From: Bacteroidota bacterium
GTDB lineage: Bacteria; Bacteroidota; Bacteroidia; Bacteroidales; SZUA-534
DNA length: 64,000 bases
Reading direction: 5' to 3'
Assembly (NCBI GenBank): GCA_003250355.1
Contig: QKGS01000040.1
Coordinates: 2,812 to 66,811 of the forward strand
Every line of letters starts with the position of its first letter. The first letter of the stretch is position 1. The translations under genes were made by a program, and so were the position numbers. A model generated the notes under the pieces. That model had not been told where the DNA came from. It ran no database searches and was given only the letters and a program-made list of their open reading frames with translations. Below, one piece after another: positions 39,601 to 47,582 of this stretch.

Positions 39601-40409
39601 ATCTGAAATTGAAAAACAATCAAGGCTGTACAGTTTCTACAAACGGCATTCAGGTTAATGTGTACGACAATCCGCCAAAACCGGTTATAAAAGAGAGAAA
39701 CAACATTACAAAATTTTGCAACGGTGCAGTAGTTGAGCTTATGGTCGACAATTCATCGGCTCAGTACAACTACCAATGGCAACGCTCGGGGGTAAATATC
39801 GACACTGCTCTATCGGCGGTGTTATACGGCAAGCTCAAAAGCGGCGATTATTCGGTTATTGCCCGTTCAGGAGTGTGTACATCGCAGTCGGAAATACTAA
39901 CCCTTGAAAACAAACCGGCTCCGCCCAAACCCCCTATTTACGCAAGTGGGCCTGTTGAATGGGTGGTAATATGCGATACACGTGAGGCACAAGCATACCG
40001 CTGGTACTACAATGGTGAACTTATAAAGGGAGCAAATCTTTCAACATATTTTGCCAACCGCAATATGGGCGAATACTATTTCGAAATAAGCGATGGCGGC
40101 GAATGCTGGACTATGAGCGATATTGTTACCATTCCGCTGCCAGGTACCGAACCCATAACAAAATCGGCACAGGTAATTACGGTTTCGCCAAACCCGTCGA
40201 ACGGAATTTTTACAATAAACCTTGGCGATAATGAGAATGAAAATGCAATGGTAACAGTTTATAACAGCTACGGCAAAATAATATATTCCGCTCAACACAA
40301 CGGTGAAAGGGTTGTTAATTTGAATCTTACACAGGCTGAAAACGGGGTGTACCTGTTCAATGTTATTGCCGGCGGAAATAATGTAATGTTGAAACTGATA
40401 AAAGAGTAG
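33630..40409 (+). CDS. 2259-aa T9SS-secreted adhesin-like protein (LamG, FN3-like, two FG-GAP/VCBS propellers, PKD, Ig-like repeats, type A CTD)
   Basis: FDGSNDY...FTLETWI...WYHLA...FKGKLDDFRIW (LamG); many D.N.DG..D repeats; WNFGDG (PKD); C.GD.V...Y.W repeats; VSPNPSNG...NGVYL...KLIKE. Confidence 0.92.
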   Translation: MKKITAFNTKMVIAVFAFCCIQLTGYSQNNCLHFDGSNDYIDIPSLGTGLNQFTLETWINPEAFSASLNGVYNTNSWTTGSAHLQFNGSGNICIAISGGSNPNIPFTYVFQTGTWYHLAITYNKVTSTMNLYVNGQWQQTYTGTNFPLVNFSAARIGSWSGDGRYFKGKLDDFRIWNRERTAENIKDSAMVLLTGTEPGLLAAYNFNQGTAGGSNVGLTQATNATGTNHATLTNFALSGNTSNWVSGIKDEPSSHVSNFMGALAGNKMTLSWTDATGGVVPDGYFIFATNDTNNFTYPVNGVEPPIDNNLSDGYGCVKVLQGTQTYNGWINEAYNTKYYFKIYPFTNQTSQIKYYTGENIPCVNVVSLQQFTAVASPIPLSNGMFWADYHNDGFFDMVTYLDNMERTAIYQNNLNGTFTKQAYFTLPAFERNLHWIDFDRNGFLDITGESTIYLNNANGTFTGYYSSLWGLSRLNGQWADFNNDGSLDLLQTADNGYDIILYQNTAGSYKQVYGNNFKPCEGHLIWFDYNNDGFKDILSTGVNPIDVNLYATIYKNAGNGKFLEQPQFQIPAGITKPFVCDYNADGWMDLILIDSTSSLLLFKNENGIGFTQRYKTNSSDKFFDIIATADINNDGYADILASYFINNYLIGIKAISYNNGLFYESYNQLFEVGGEPYKSYDPSITDINNDGNIDLFENYSRCLKNITSATNLRPNKITNASAVAEGNGIRFSWSATDDKTPSAGLTYNLRIGTSPGASNILSVNATPLGILKILEPGNMGTCTSPFFRLPKGTYYWNVQAVDNSYKGSPFMDVDKFFTVVDVAASNIQASVINNTSLKLKWNNGNGTKRAVFCKIGLSGTASPVNSKTYVASQAFTEGDQIGITGWYCVYNGIADSTIVSNLSSSNSYVFHVIEYTGSAGAEIYMTQTGTGNPEAYSTSIFSLQSLIGAANYDINKNHVKMADMNNNGYLDFLYYKPYTGLMNLYVNQGNNTFGETKIPINAILSNSAFHLFDYNSDGLLDFIYSGEKHSNFYYQYTRAYFYINNGNNTFTSFLSDSVFGTSYPSIASADFNNDGNIDLFVGGSKSRIVPANNAEGKITEFYPVSFLYKKIATINNDKYTRVNYNFKPLENGGACFGDFNNDGWSDLVISGSAEDGHFYIYLYLNNQDETFREQQLLVIQNQVYAGCNLYSSDFNKDGFCDLICGITSNKTIYFKNNGFGDFEADYNTFSNQTRFNTYTVSDFNNDGAADILFTDASNPFKKLYINNYPTNGFSIKTDFVSDRAKDSQITSGDYDNDGDSDFIVANDGDGIINVFRNTMIMKSSFYNSNSRPSKPNNLKVQLSPNELSLSWDAITSDESPFLSYNVALKKDTILFSSPNSNYESGNRWIPEMGNTGFNTFAVFRNLEPGSYVAKVQAVDGMYCGSEWSDSITFEIKNLSAYFTYDTVCARTPNTLTDLSQSTKTIALRQWKHYNNSTQVYETIATDSVSNYIFPHAGLDSIMLVVEDIDGLRDSVSHNIWVKSRSVAEFSAPPVCFGTATSFTDNTTLPDSVQTWLWNFGDGTANSTPTNATQQNYTYTYLSADTLTARLIVLNKNGCSDMVSKPVIVAPMPDANLSVSSDSRFTFCKNSGDSAYISVPDQLNCTYQWLNNNYDIADKINKSITIKENGGSFKVRVTNTLGGCSVTSANPVVITVNSNPEAPTIIQPTQTTICEGDTVKLQVTPVAGLSYVWNGGLNTNNLNTYNATTSGTYSLKVSNASGCQVQSTNTINVTVNPIPEIKGFSYGKTNFCRGDSVVFSAITNPDFTYKWIQNGVEITGTNRFTAYEQGIYSLLVINTYGCTSQTDNIDVNVFTTPDSPTINQPAQTTICEGDTVKLFVSQVPGLTYLWSGGLNTNNINTYNATTSGTYSLVTSNAGGCSAASVNSVEVTVNPKPEKPSVSYGNTEICKGNTVNFSVPDNSSLTYQWIKNETPVAGASSHNFSVNESGLYYLKLKNNQGCTVSTNGIQVNVYDNPPKPVIKERNNITKFCNGAVVELMVDNSSAQYNYQWQRSGVNIDTALSAVLYGKLKSGDYSVIARSGVCTSQSEILTLENKPAPPKPPIYASGPVEWVVICDTREAQAYRWYYNGELIKGANLSTYFANRNMGEYYFEISDGGECWTMSDIVTIPLPGTEPITKSAQVITVSPNPSNGIFTINLGDNENENAMVTVYNSYGKIIYSAQHNGERVVNLNLTQAENGVYLFNVIAGGNNVMLKLIKE

Positions 40410-40410
40410 T

Positions 40411-42321
40411 ATGAAAGTAAAGAGTTTAGTGGCAGTATTGGTTTCAGTTTTAATTTACATAAATGGCTATACCACAGAATTTAGCGAAAAGCAAAAAGCA
40501 GTTATTTATAATGAAGCAATTAATTTATTAAAAACTTATAACACTATAAGCAATAATATGGCCGATGCCGTGGTCGATATTAATGAGGTGAACAAAGCAA
40601 GCCAGCAACTTATCGATTTGTTTGTGAGCCGCAAGGCAATAGTGTATAACGACCTCGACCCCAACTATTTGCTCAGCGAGGCCTATGAGCTTGAAACTTA
40701 TGTTGCCAATATGTTGCTCTGGTATCCCGACGGGTTGAAAATATCTTTCGATTATAACAGCATAAAAGCCGGTAACATAATTGAGCACGGTAACGACATT
40801 TATACCGTTGACCTGATGGTAAATAAAACCAATAACGGCAACTACCTTAACCGACAAACCAATAATGTTAGCAAGGAGCTGCTTTACCGTATTGCATTTT
40901 TACAAAAAGGGAGTGCCTATGAAAGCTTTAAAATAGCAGGTGTGCGAAGCAAAGAATCGGGGGCTGCATCGGGTAGCGATATGCTTGCAGGGGTTAAGAG
41001 CGTAAAATTTTCCGATAAGGAACTGGCTATAATTAAGGAACAATCGAAAATGCTTATGGCCGATTATGTAAATTTCATAAACCTGTTGGTTGACCCCAAC
41101 GAAACCACCGACGATAAGGCGTATTACAAAATATCGTTTTTGGGGTTGTTTAACGATACTGCCTCGCAGGTATCGAACGATATTGAACCGGAACCTGTTA
41201 ACCGCTGGCTGCCTGTTGGCGAGTATTATCAAACATTGGTAAATTCGTACCCCGAAGGAATTAAAAACCTTGCCCTTAATATTGATTCTGCCGAGTACAG
41301 CTCTGTTATTGCCGATGGTGGCGACAAGTATTACATTAACGGTTATATAACAAAATTTTTCTCGGGCAAATACCGCAATAAAACAGTGTTTCGCGATAAC
41401 GATAAGTATAATTTTAAAATAACCTTTGAGAAAGATGAAAACACTTTCAAGAATTTTAAAATGGCAAGTATCGACAAATTTGGTGTAAACCTGTACCAAG
41501 CCACCGATAAAAATTCAAAGGATGAATTACCCCAAATAGCCATAACACCATTGCAACGTAAAGGTTTCTACTTTGGCGCATCGGCAGGTGTTGGATTAAC
41601 ACATTTCACAGACCCTAACTTAACCGAAGATCCAATACTAAAATGGAGTATCGAAAACAAACCTTCAATATGGTTCGATTTTAATACCACTTACTATTAT
41701 TCGAACCAGTTTGGGATTAATATGGGATTAGGTTATTCGTCATTTACAGCAAACACTTCAATAAAGGGTGAATATCAAATTACTGAGAGTTATGTAACCG
41801 AGGCAAATAAAGAACCATACTACAAGGTGGTAAATGCCGATTTTGACTCTTTGCTCACATTTAATTATATAACAATACCTCTGTCAATAATATATCACAC
41901 AAACGAGAAACCCGAAAAGTGGGGTTTATATGTTCAAATGGGGGTTAATATTTCATTGTTGCTGAGTGGCAATTATCATGCTATGGGCGATATGGAAACC
42001 ACCGGGTATTTCTATAATGGTGAAGGCAATAATAAAATCAGGGAGCAAATACCAAGCTGGGGATTTGTGAACCGCGATGGAATTGATAATTCGGGGAAAG
42101 TCGGTATTAAAAACATGAATGTATCGGTATTAATTTCACTTGGAGTTAGTTACCCGCTGAACTATTTTACTACTATATATGCAGGGCCTGAAATAGCATG
42201 GGGATTACAGTCGGTTTTGAATTCACCAACATATACCAATATTTTTGGCAATGAAATAAAGTCTAAAACAGCAACATTATCAAATTATGGTATTAAATTT
42301 GGCATTAGTCATAAATTTTAG
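40411..42321 (+). CDS. Exported protein with two tandem uncharacterised N-terminal domains and C-terminal PorT-like outer-membrane beta-barrel
   Basis: Internal repeat (LF....V.NDL/IxP...Y...L...YP.G...FK.A); barrel motifs GLGYS, YITIPL, GISHKF ending in Phe. Confidence 0.75.
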   Translation: MKVKSLVAVLVSVLIYINGYTTEFSEKQKAVIYNEAINLLKTYNTISNNMADAVVDINEVNKASQQLIDLFVSRKAIVYNDLDPNYLLSEAYELETYVANMLLWYPDGLKISFDYNSIKAGNIIEHGNDIYTVDLMVNKTNNGNYLNRQTNNVSKELLYRIAFLQKGSAYESFKIAGVRSKESGAASGSDMLAGVKSVKFSDKELAIIKEQSKMLMADYVNFINLLVDPNETTDDKAYYKISFLGLFNDTASQVSNDIEPEPVNRWLPVGEYYQTLVNSYPEGIKNLALNIDSAEYSSVIADGGDKYYINGYITKFFSGKYRNKTVFRDNDKYNFKITFEKDENTFKNFKMASIDKFGVNLYQATDKNSKDELPQIAITPLQRKGFYFGASAGVGLTHFTDPNLTEDPILKWSIENKPSIWFDFNTTYYYSNQFGINMGLGYSSFTANTSIKGEYQITESYVTEANKEPYYKVVNADFDSLLTFNYITIPLSIIYHTNEKPEKWGLYVQMGVNISLLLSGNYHAMGDMETTGYFYNGEGNNKIREQIPSWGFVNRDGIDNSGKVGIKNMNVSVLISLGVSYPLNYFTTIYAGPEIAWGLQSVLNSPTYTNIFGNEIKSKTATLSNYGIKFGISHKF

Positions 42322-42326
42322 AAAAC

Positions 42327-42947
42327 ATGAAATTAATAGCTTTTATAATTCTCCTAAACAGTACAATTATTTCTTTTGCACAGCAACCAACCAAAACCGC
42401 CGTTGCAAGCAAAGAGGCTGCCATAGTTGAAGAACTAAGCCTTTCGGCTGCAGACATTGAATTATTCAAAGAGCAAACCAAACAAAAGGTTGAGGAGTTT
42501 CAGCAACACATAGTAACCATAGGAAGTAAAGACCAGCCTGCCGAAAAACGCAACATGGCTGAGCGCGAGGCTTTAAAACTTTTTTATGTAGGAGCTGAAA
42601 TGCAAACATCGGTTATAAATGCAGCGGGCGAAACCACTATACAGTCGCGCCCTATGGAGAAATATCTGGCAAGGTTGAAATCGCTGCCATATACGGCGGT
42701 GGTAATCAAATTTTACGATTTGGTCTATATTTCAAGCTTTACCAAAGGACCCGATGGCCGATACTATTCGTCGGCTACCGTATTGCAGGAGTTTACCGGC
42801 TTTACCGGCGACAATGTGGCGTATAAAGATGTAACCAAAAAAGAGATTGAAATAGTAATAGACCTTGTTGAAGACAAATTTTTCAATGAGAAAAAATGGA
42901 AAGTATTTTTGGGTAACATAAAGGCAACTGAAACCCGAGGGGCATAA
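42327..42947 (+). CDS. Exported hypothetical protein (NTF2-like pattern)
   Basis: Signal peptide; 206 aa; 5 bp after the previous stop. Confidence 0.75.
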   Translation: MKLIAFIILLNSTIISFAQQPTKTAVASKEAAIVEELSLSAADIELFKEQTKQKVEEFQQHIVTIGSKDQPAEKRNMAEREALKLFYVGAEMQTSVINAAGETTIQSRPMEKYLARLKSLPYTAVVIKFYDLVYISSFTKGPDGRYYSSATVLQEFTGFTGDNVAYKDVTKKEIEIVIDLVEDKFFNEKKWKVFLGNIKATETRGA

Positions 42948-42965
42948 ACTAAAAACAATTGTTAT

Positions 42966-43775
42966 TTGAAAATGAACCTCAAACCCCTTTACTTTATACT
43001 TATTATATTTTGGCTTTATATACTCGCTACAAAGAGCATCAATGCCCAGGTTACCATTTCCACATCAAACACCATTGAAACACCTGCCGAGTATTATTTG
43101 AACGTAAAGCAATTTGCCGAGTTTATTGACCGTTTCAACTACACCACCGACTGGAAAGGAAACGTTATAGACCAGTCATTCGCCGAAAAGTATTCGCGCA
43201 AAGCATATATTGGTTATTTGCTTAATGCTGATGATAAACGTTTTATGAACGATACTGCTTATAAAACCCTTTGCGACACTTTTATCAGCAAGGCTGTTAA
43301 CCCCGACAAACCATTTGGCATAAGCCTGTATAGCAACCAGGTAACAGCCGTTGCAAAAGTGAATATTGAATATTTGGGCAAACCACAAGTTGCAAACATT
43401 AGTTTTGTACCCGAGGTACTGCCAGATAAATCTGTCAAATGGGTTATTTCAAGTGTTGAGGCAAATTGCTTTACCAATATTTCCGACAGTTTGCTCAAAT
43501 ATTTCATATCGCCCAATAGCCACGAAACAGGGTTTATAAACCTGAAACGGATTGAAAATGTGGATAACCCCGTTTACTATTTCGACAGTAACATAACAGC
43601 AAACCCCACCATACTATTTATGACCGAAACAGCTGCCAAGCGTTTAACCATTAAGAATATTGAAAAGGTTAGTTACAAAGTAAACTTCCCTGGTTGGAAA
43701 ATAACAGTAAATGAGTTTGTCCGCATCGGATATAACTCGGGCTGGCTTATAAGCAATTTGGAACAGAGTCAATAG
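42966..43775 (+). CDS. Exported hypothetical protein (VKQF.EFIDRFN motif)
   Basis: Signal peptide; 269 aa; operonic; start may be ATG 42972. Confidence 0.75.
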   Translation: MKMNLKPLYFILIIFWLYILATKSINAQVTISTSNTIETPAEYYLNVKQFAEFIDRFNYTTDWKGNVIDQSFAEKYSRKAYIGYLLNADDKRFMNDTAYKTLCDTFISKAVNPDKPFGISLYSNQVTAVAKVNIEYLGKPQVANISFVPEVLPDKSVKWVISSVEANCFTNISDSLLKYFISPNSHETGFINLKRIENVDNPVYYFDSNITANPTILFMTETAAKRLTIKNIEKVSYKVNFPGWKITVNEFVRIGYNSGWLISNLEQSQ

Positions 43776-43795
43776 TAAATCAAACAAAATGTTTA

Positions 43796-46258
43796 TTACT
43801 GTGTAAGGAATGAAGGGTTGGCTCCCGAATTATTACTTCCTCCATTTTTGTAGTTATTGAATCTGTAAGCAAAGTAGAAGTTTATATTCAGATAATCGAT
43901 GAAGTAATAGTAGCGGTCAGAGTATCCTGTGCCTGAAGTTTTACGGTCAAACGATGTGAGCTTAAATGGGTCCCACATAGTTACTGCAAAGGTTGCCCTG
44001 TTTTTGAACAGCTTTTTACTTAATCCAATATCGGAAAATAGCATCCCTTTCTCCTCGCCTTGTGCCGAAGCCGATGCCCCGTAGTAATTTGCATTCATAC
44101 TTATGCTTACATAATCTTTTATGTTGATATTCACCTTAGTTGAAATATTATAACTCAGGCTTGAGTACATTTTCTCATGTGTAAGCTCACTATAATAAAC
44201 ATCGAACCCTTGCTGTACATTCAGCCATTTAAGTTTACTGAAAGTAAGCATTGTACTTGAACCTCCTGAATAATGCCAGTCAATGTTTACCGGATAACCC
44301 GCCCTTACTCCGTTTGAGTCGGGCACAAAAAGTGTTTGTATCGATTTTTCATTTTTTGAATAAAACAATTCAGAATATAGATTGAATCCATCCCAACGTT
44401 TTTGAAATGAAAGCTCGGCATTGTGCGAATACATTGGCTCCAGATACGAATTTCCGAGGTAAACATAGCTCTTATTATGGTATGTGGGTATTTTGAAAAC
44501 CATCCATGAGTAAGGTCGAAAAGTATGTTTTGAATAACTCAAAGCAAGCTCCTTTTCATTTTCCATATTGTACGATAATCTGCTTGAAGGATACAATTGA
44601 ACAAAATCGGTATTCCAATTGGTTGCCTCAACATTTAGCTTAGCTGTACGCATATAATACTCTGCCCGTACTCCAATATTGTACCCAAACTTTCCCACAG
44701 TTCCCTCAAATGTTGCATAAGCTGCATGTACATTTCTTGTATAATCGCCGTTCAAAACCGGAATAGTATCATATATTGAAATGTCAGATGGAGGGAAGTC
44801 AGTATCGGTAACAGATGCATCGGTGCGGTTATAGAGTATAAATTCATATCCGGTATTCAGCTTGTACCTCTCTTTTATGGGCATTATGTATTTGCACGAA
44901 AGCCTCATGTCGCTACGTACCACATCGTTTATACGGCTGTAATAACTTTGCTGCGAAAGCTTATTCCAATCGCTGTCGGTGTTACTTATGTAAATGGAGT
45001 TATCGTGATTTTGCGAAAATCCGAAATAGTACGCATTTACCGAAAGTTTGTGTTCTTTTGAACTAAAATATCGTTCATAAGTACCGTTCAGCGAATATTG
45101 TGGCCCTTTATGAATGCGGTATGCAAGGCTGTTTGTATACGTAGTTCCTGCGGTATTCAGAAACTGTTCGCTGTAATCGTTATCCATTTCATTTACCCTG
45201 TCGGTAAATGTGAAGTTTCCCGAAAAGGAAATAAAGTTGTTTGTATCGGGCGAATAGTCAATTCCCAGAGAGTAAACATAGTTTTTACCCTCATTTATAA
45301 AGTCACCCAGAGCTGTTCTGTCTATATCTGTTTGCCCTGAACTGTTGTAAGTGGTCTGGTAAAACTCATTTCTGTATTTCCATTGGTTATTATCATAGTT
45401 GAAACCTGTATTTATACTTACTTTATCGAACATATAGCCTAAGCGAAATCCTGCACTATGCGATGTATTTATGTTATATGATGATTCAACCATTCCGTTC
45501 AAACCATTAATGCTTTGCTTTACGGTAATTACATTCAAAATAACCGAAGCCCCTTCCGGATTATATTCTGCCGATGCATTTGTAATAAGCTCTATTTTCT
45601 CAATCATATTCACCGGAATTTTCTCCAGTTCCTCCTGTCCTGTCAGTGTTGTTGGTTTACCGTTAATCAATACTTTAAAATTTCCGTTTCCTCTGATAGA
45701 AACATTACCTTCGTAATCGACCTGAACAGCCGGCAGTTTTTTTACCGCATCAACCGCTGTTCCTCCAAGGTTTGTAATATCAGACCCAACATTCAGAACT
45801 TTCATTCCATTTTCAAAAGTAAGTGTAGAGCGTTTTCCGGTTATCACAACATCGTTAAGTTGTTGCGTAGATATTTGTAATGTTGTTGAACCTAAATTCA
45901 CATTTTTATTACCGGATGAAATAGTGATATCTGAAATAGTATGCGATGCAAAACCTATTGACTGGATAGTCACATAGTATTTCCCCTCGTTAAGGTTATT
46001 TATGTTGAAATTACCATCGGCATCAGATGCTGCTCCTGTTACAAGTGATGAATCGGGGAGACTATATAATACTGCATTTGCAAATGGTACAGGTTCACCT
46101 TTATTGTTTGATACAGAACCTTGTAAACTCCCTTTTGAACCATTTTGTCCGAAACTAAACATTGCAATCAGCAATAGCGAGGATATTAATTTGATTTTTA
46201 ACACTTGTACCCTTTTTTTAATTTGAAATAAAAATAGAGTTAATGATACAGATGGCAA
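43796..46258 (-). CDS. TonB-dependent receptor-like outer-membrane protein (CarboxypepD_reg + plug + barrel)
   Basis: G.V....GEPVPFAN.VL, plug IEKIELITN.SA.Y.PEG...ILNV, GN..LEP, FAYRFN. True start may be a few codons downstream. Confidence 0.88.
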   Translation of the reverse strand: MPSVSLTLFLFQIKKRVQVLKIKLISSLLLIAMFSFGQNGSKGSLQGSVSNNKGEPVPFANAVLYSLPDSSLVTGAASDADGNFNINNLNEGKYYVTIQSIGFASHTISDITISSGNKNVNLGSTTLQISTQQLNDVVITGKRSTLTFENGMKVLNVGSDITNLGGTAVDAVKKLPAVQVDYEGNVSIRGNGNFKVLINGKPTTLTGQEELEKIPVNMIEKIELITNASAEYNPEGASVILNVITVKQSINGLNGMVESSYNINTSHSAGFRLGYMFDKVSINTGFNYDNNQWKYRNEFYQTTYNSSGQTDIDRTALGDFINEGKNYVYSLGIDYSPDTNNFISFSGNFTFTDRVNEMDNDYSEQFLNTAGTTYTNSLAYRIHKGPQYSLNGTYERYFSSKEHKLSVNAYYFGFSQNHDNSIYISNTDSDWNKLSQQSYYSRINDVVRSDMRLSCKYIMPIKERYKLNTGYEFILYNRTDASVTDTDFPPSDISIYDTIPVLNGDYTRNVHAAYATFEGTVGKFGYNIGVRAEYYMRTAKLNVEATNWNTDFVQLYPSSRLSYNMENEKELALSYSKHTFRPYSWMVFKIPTYHNKSYVYLGNSYLEPMYSHNAELSFQKRWDGFNLYSELFYSKNEKSIQTLFVPDSNGVRAGYPVNIDWHYSGGSSTMLTFSKLKWLNVQQGFDVYYSELTHEKMYSSLSYNISTKVNINIKDYVSISMNANYYGASASAQGEEKGMLFSDIGLSKKLFKNRATFAVTMWDPFKLTSFDRKTSGTGYSDRYYYFIDYLNINFYFAYRFNNYKNGGSNNSGANPSFLTQ

Positions 46259-46442
46259 AGAAGGTGTTAAAAATTTTAACAGTTTTAATAATAAGAATGC
46301 GGAATATGTTTATGAAGATTGTTTTACATTTATTGTATATGCTTACTCTGTTTTATTAATTATTTAGCTAAGTTGTTTTTATTATTTTTGTAAGTATACT
46401 TTAACGGGTATTTATAATTGTTGTACATAAATGTTATTAAAA

Positions 46443-47174
46443 ATGGTGTTAAACTCCGATGAGAAACAGAGATATTTTCGGCAGTTAATTCTTGCCCAAT
46501 TTGGAGAAGAAGCTCAACTGAGGCTTAAAAAGGCGAAAGTTTTTATAGTTGGAGCCGGGGGCTTAGGTGGTCCGGTATCGTTTTATTTGGCAGCAGCAGG
46601 AGTTGGGCATATAATAATTTGCGACCGTGATGTAGTTGAACTTTCAAACCTAAACCGTCAAATACTTCATGGGACATCAGATATAAACTGTTCAAAAGCC
46701 GATTCGGCAAAAAATACACTTACTGAACTAAACCCCGGTATAACTATTGAAACACATAAAGTAACTATTGATGACAAAAATATAAGTGATTATGCAACCG
46801 GTGTTGATATTATTATCGACTGTCTCGATAATGTTCCTACTCGGTTAATGATAAATAAGTTTGCTGTTAATGCCAATATCCCTATTATGCATGCAGGTAT
46901 TGACAGTTGGACAGCTCAGTTAACATTAATTAAACCGGGATTAACTCCCTGTTTGCAATGTTTATTCAATACTTATGAAGAAGCCGAAGGCCCTAAGCCT
47001 GTTATAGGGGCAATGGCGGGTGTTACCGGAACCGTACAGGCTCTTGAAACATTGAAATATCTTTCGGGGGTTGGCGAAACGCTTGAAAATAAACTGGCTT
47101 ATTTTGATTCATTAAATATGGAATGGGCAAAAATTCCTATATTTAAAAATGAAGATTGTATGGTTTGTAAATAA
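46443..47174 (+). CDS. HesA/MoeB/ThiF family adenylyltransferase
   Basis: RY.RQL, VGAGGLG, VELSNLNRQ, DCLDN, PCLQC and terminal CMVC zinc ligands. Confidence 0.92.
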   Translation: MVLNSDEKQRYFRQLILAQFGEEAQLRLKKAKVFIVGAGGLGGPVSFYLAAAGVGHIIICDRDVVELSNLNRQILHGTSDINCSKADSAKNTLTELNPGITIETHKVTIDDKNISDYATGVDIIIDCLDNVPTRLMINKFAVNANIPIMHAGIDSWTAQLTLIKPGLTPCLQCLFNTYEEAEGPKPVIGAMAGVTGTVQALETLKYLSGVGETLENKLAYFDSLNMEWAKIPIFKNEDCMVCK

Positions 47175-47182
47175 ATGATATT

Positions 47183-47569
47183 ATGGCAGGTTCAAAAGGT
47201 TCAAAATACTACGATATATTTCTCGACTATTCTATTTTGCTTGAGCATAAGCAACTTGGAACTATAATGGATCCGTATAAATTTGCTCTGTTGCGTTCGA
47301 TTCATGAAGAAGGATCACTTAAATTAGCAACCGAGAAAATGGGTATTAGCTATCGCAAAGCATGGGGCAGTGTTGAGGAGATGGAAGAAAAACTAGGCTT
47401 CAAACTTGTTAATCGTCAGCGCGGGGGCTCGCAAGGAGGTAAAACAGAACTAACCGACGATGGTTTAAAACTAATAAATTCTCACAAAGAGCTGCGTGAA
47501 GAATTTAATAAAGTAATTAAAGAAATTACTAAAAAATTCTTCCGCGAACTAAATACCGATGGTGAGTAG
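47183..47569 (+). CDS. ModE-like winged-helix regulator (N-terminal domain only)
   Basis: LL.SI...GSL..A...MGISYRKAW...LV.R.RGG..GG.T.LT; no TOBE domain. Confidence 0.85.
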   Translation: MAGSKGSKYYDIFLDYSILLEHKQLGTIMDPYKFALLRSIHEEGSLKLATEKMGISYRKAWGSVEEMEEKLGFKLVNRQRGGSQGGKTELTDDGLKLINSHKELREEFNKVIKEITKKFFRELNTDGE

Positions 47570-47582
47570 TAAAGTAAATTAT

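Noticed and set aside
40411-43775. Calling the accessory genes a type VI or type IV secretion system
   Set aside because: No sheath, Hcp, VgrG, ClpV or VirB4/VirD4-like genes in the window.
46265-46281. Perfect palindrome TGTTAAAAATTTTAACA resembling the sigma54 enhancer motif
   Set aside because: Single site with no correctly placed TGGCA-N6-TTG box; may bind another regulator, so it was not added to the regulon.
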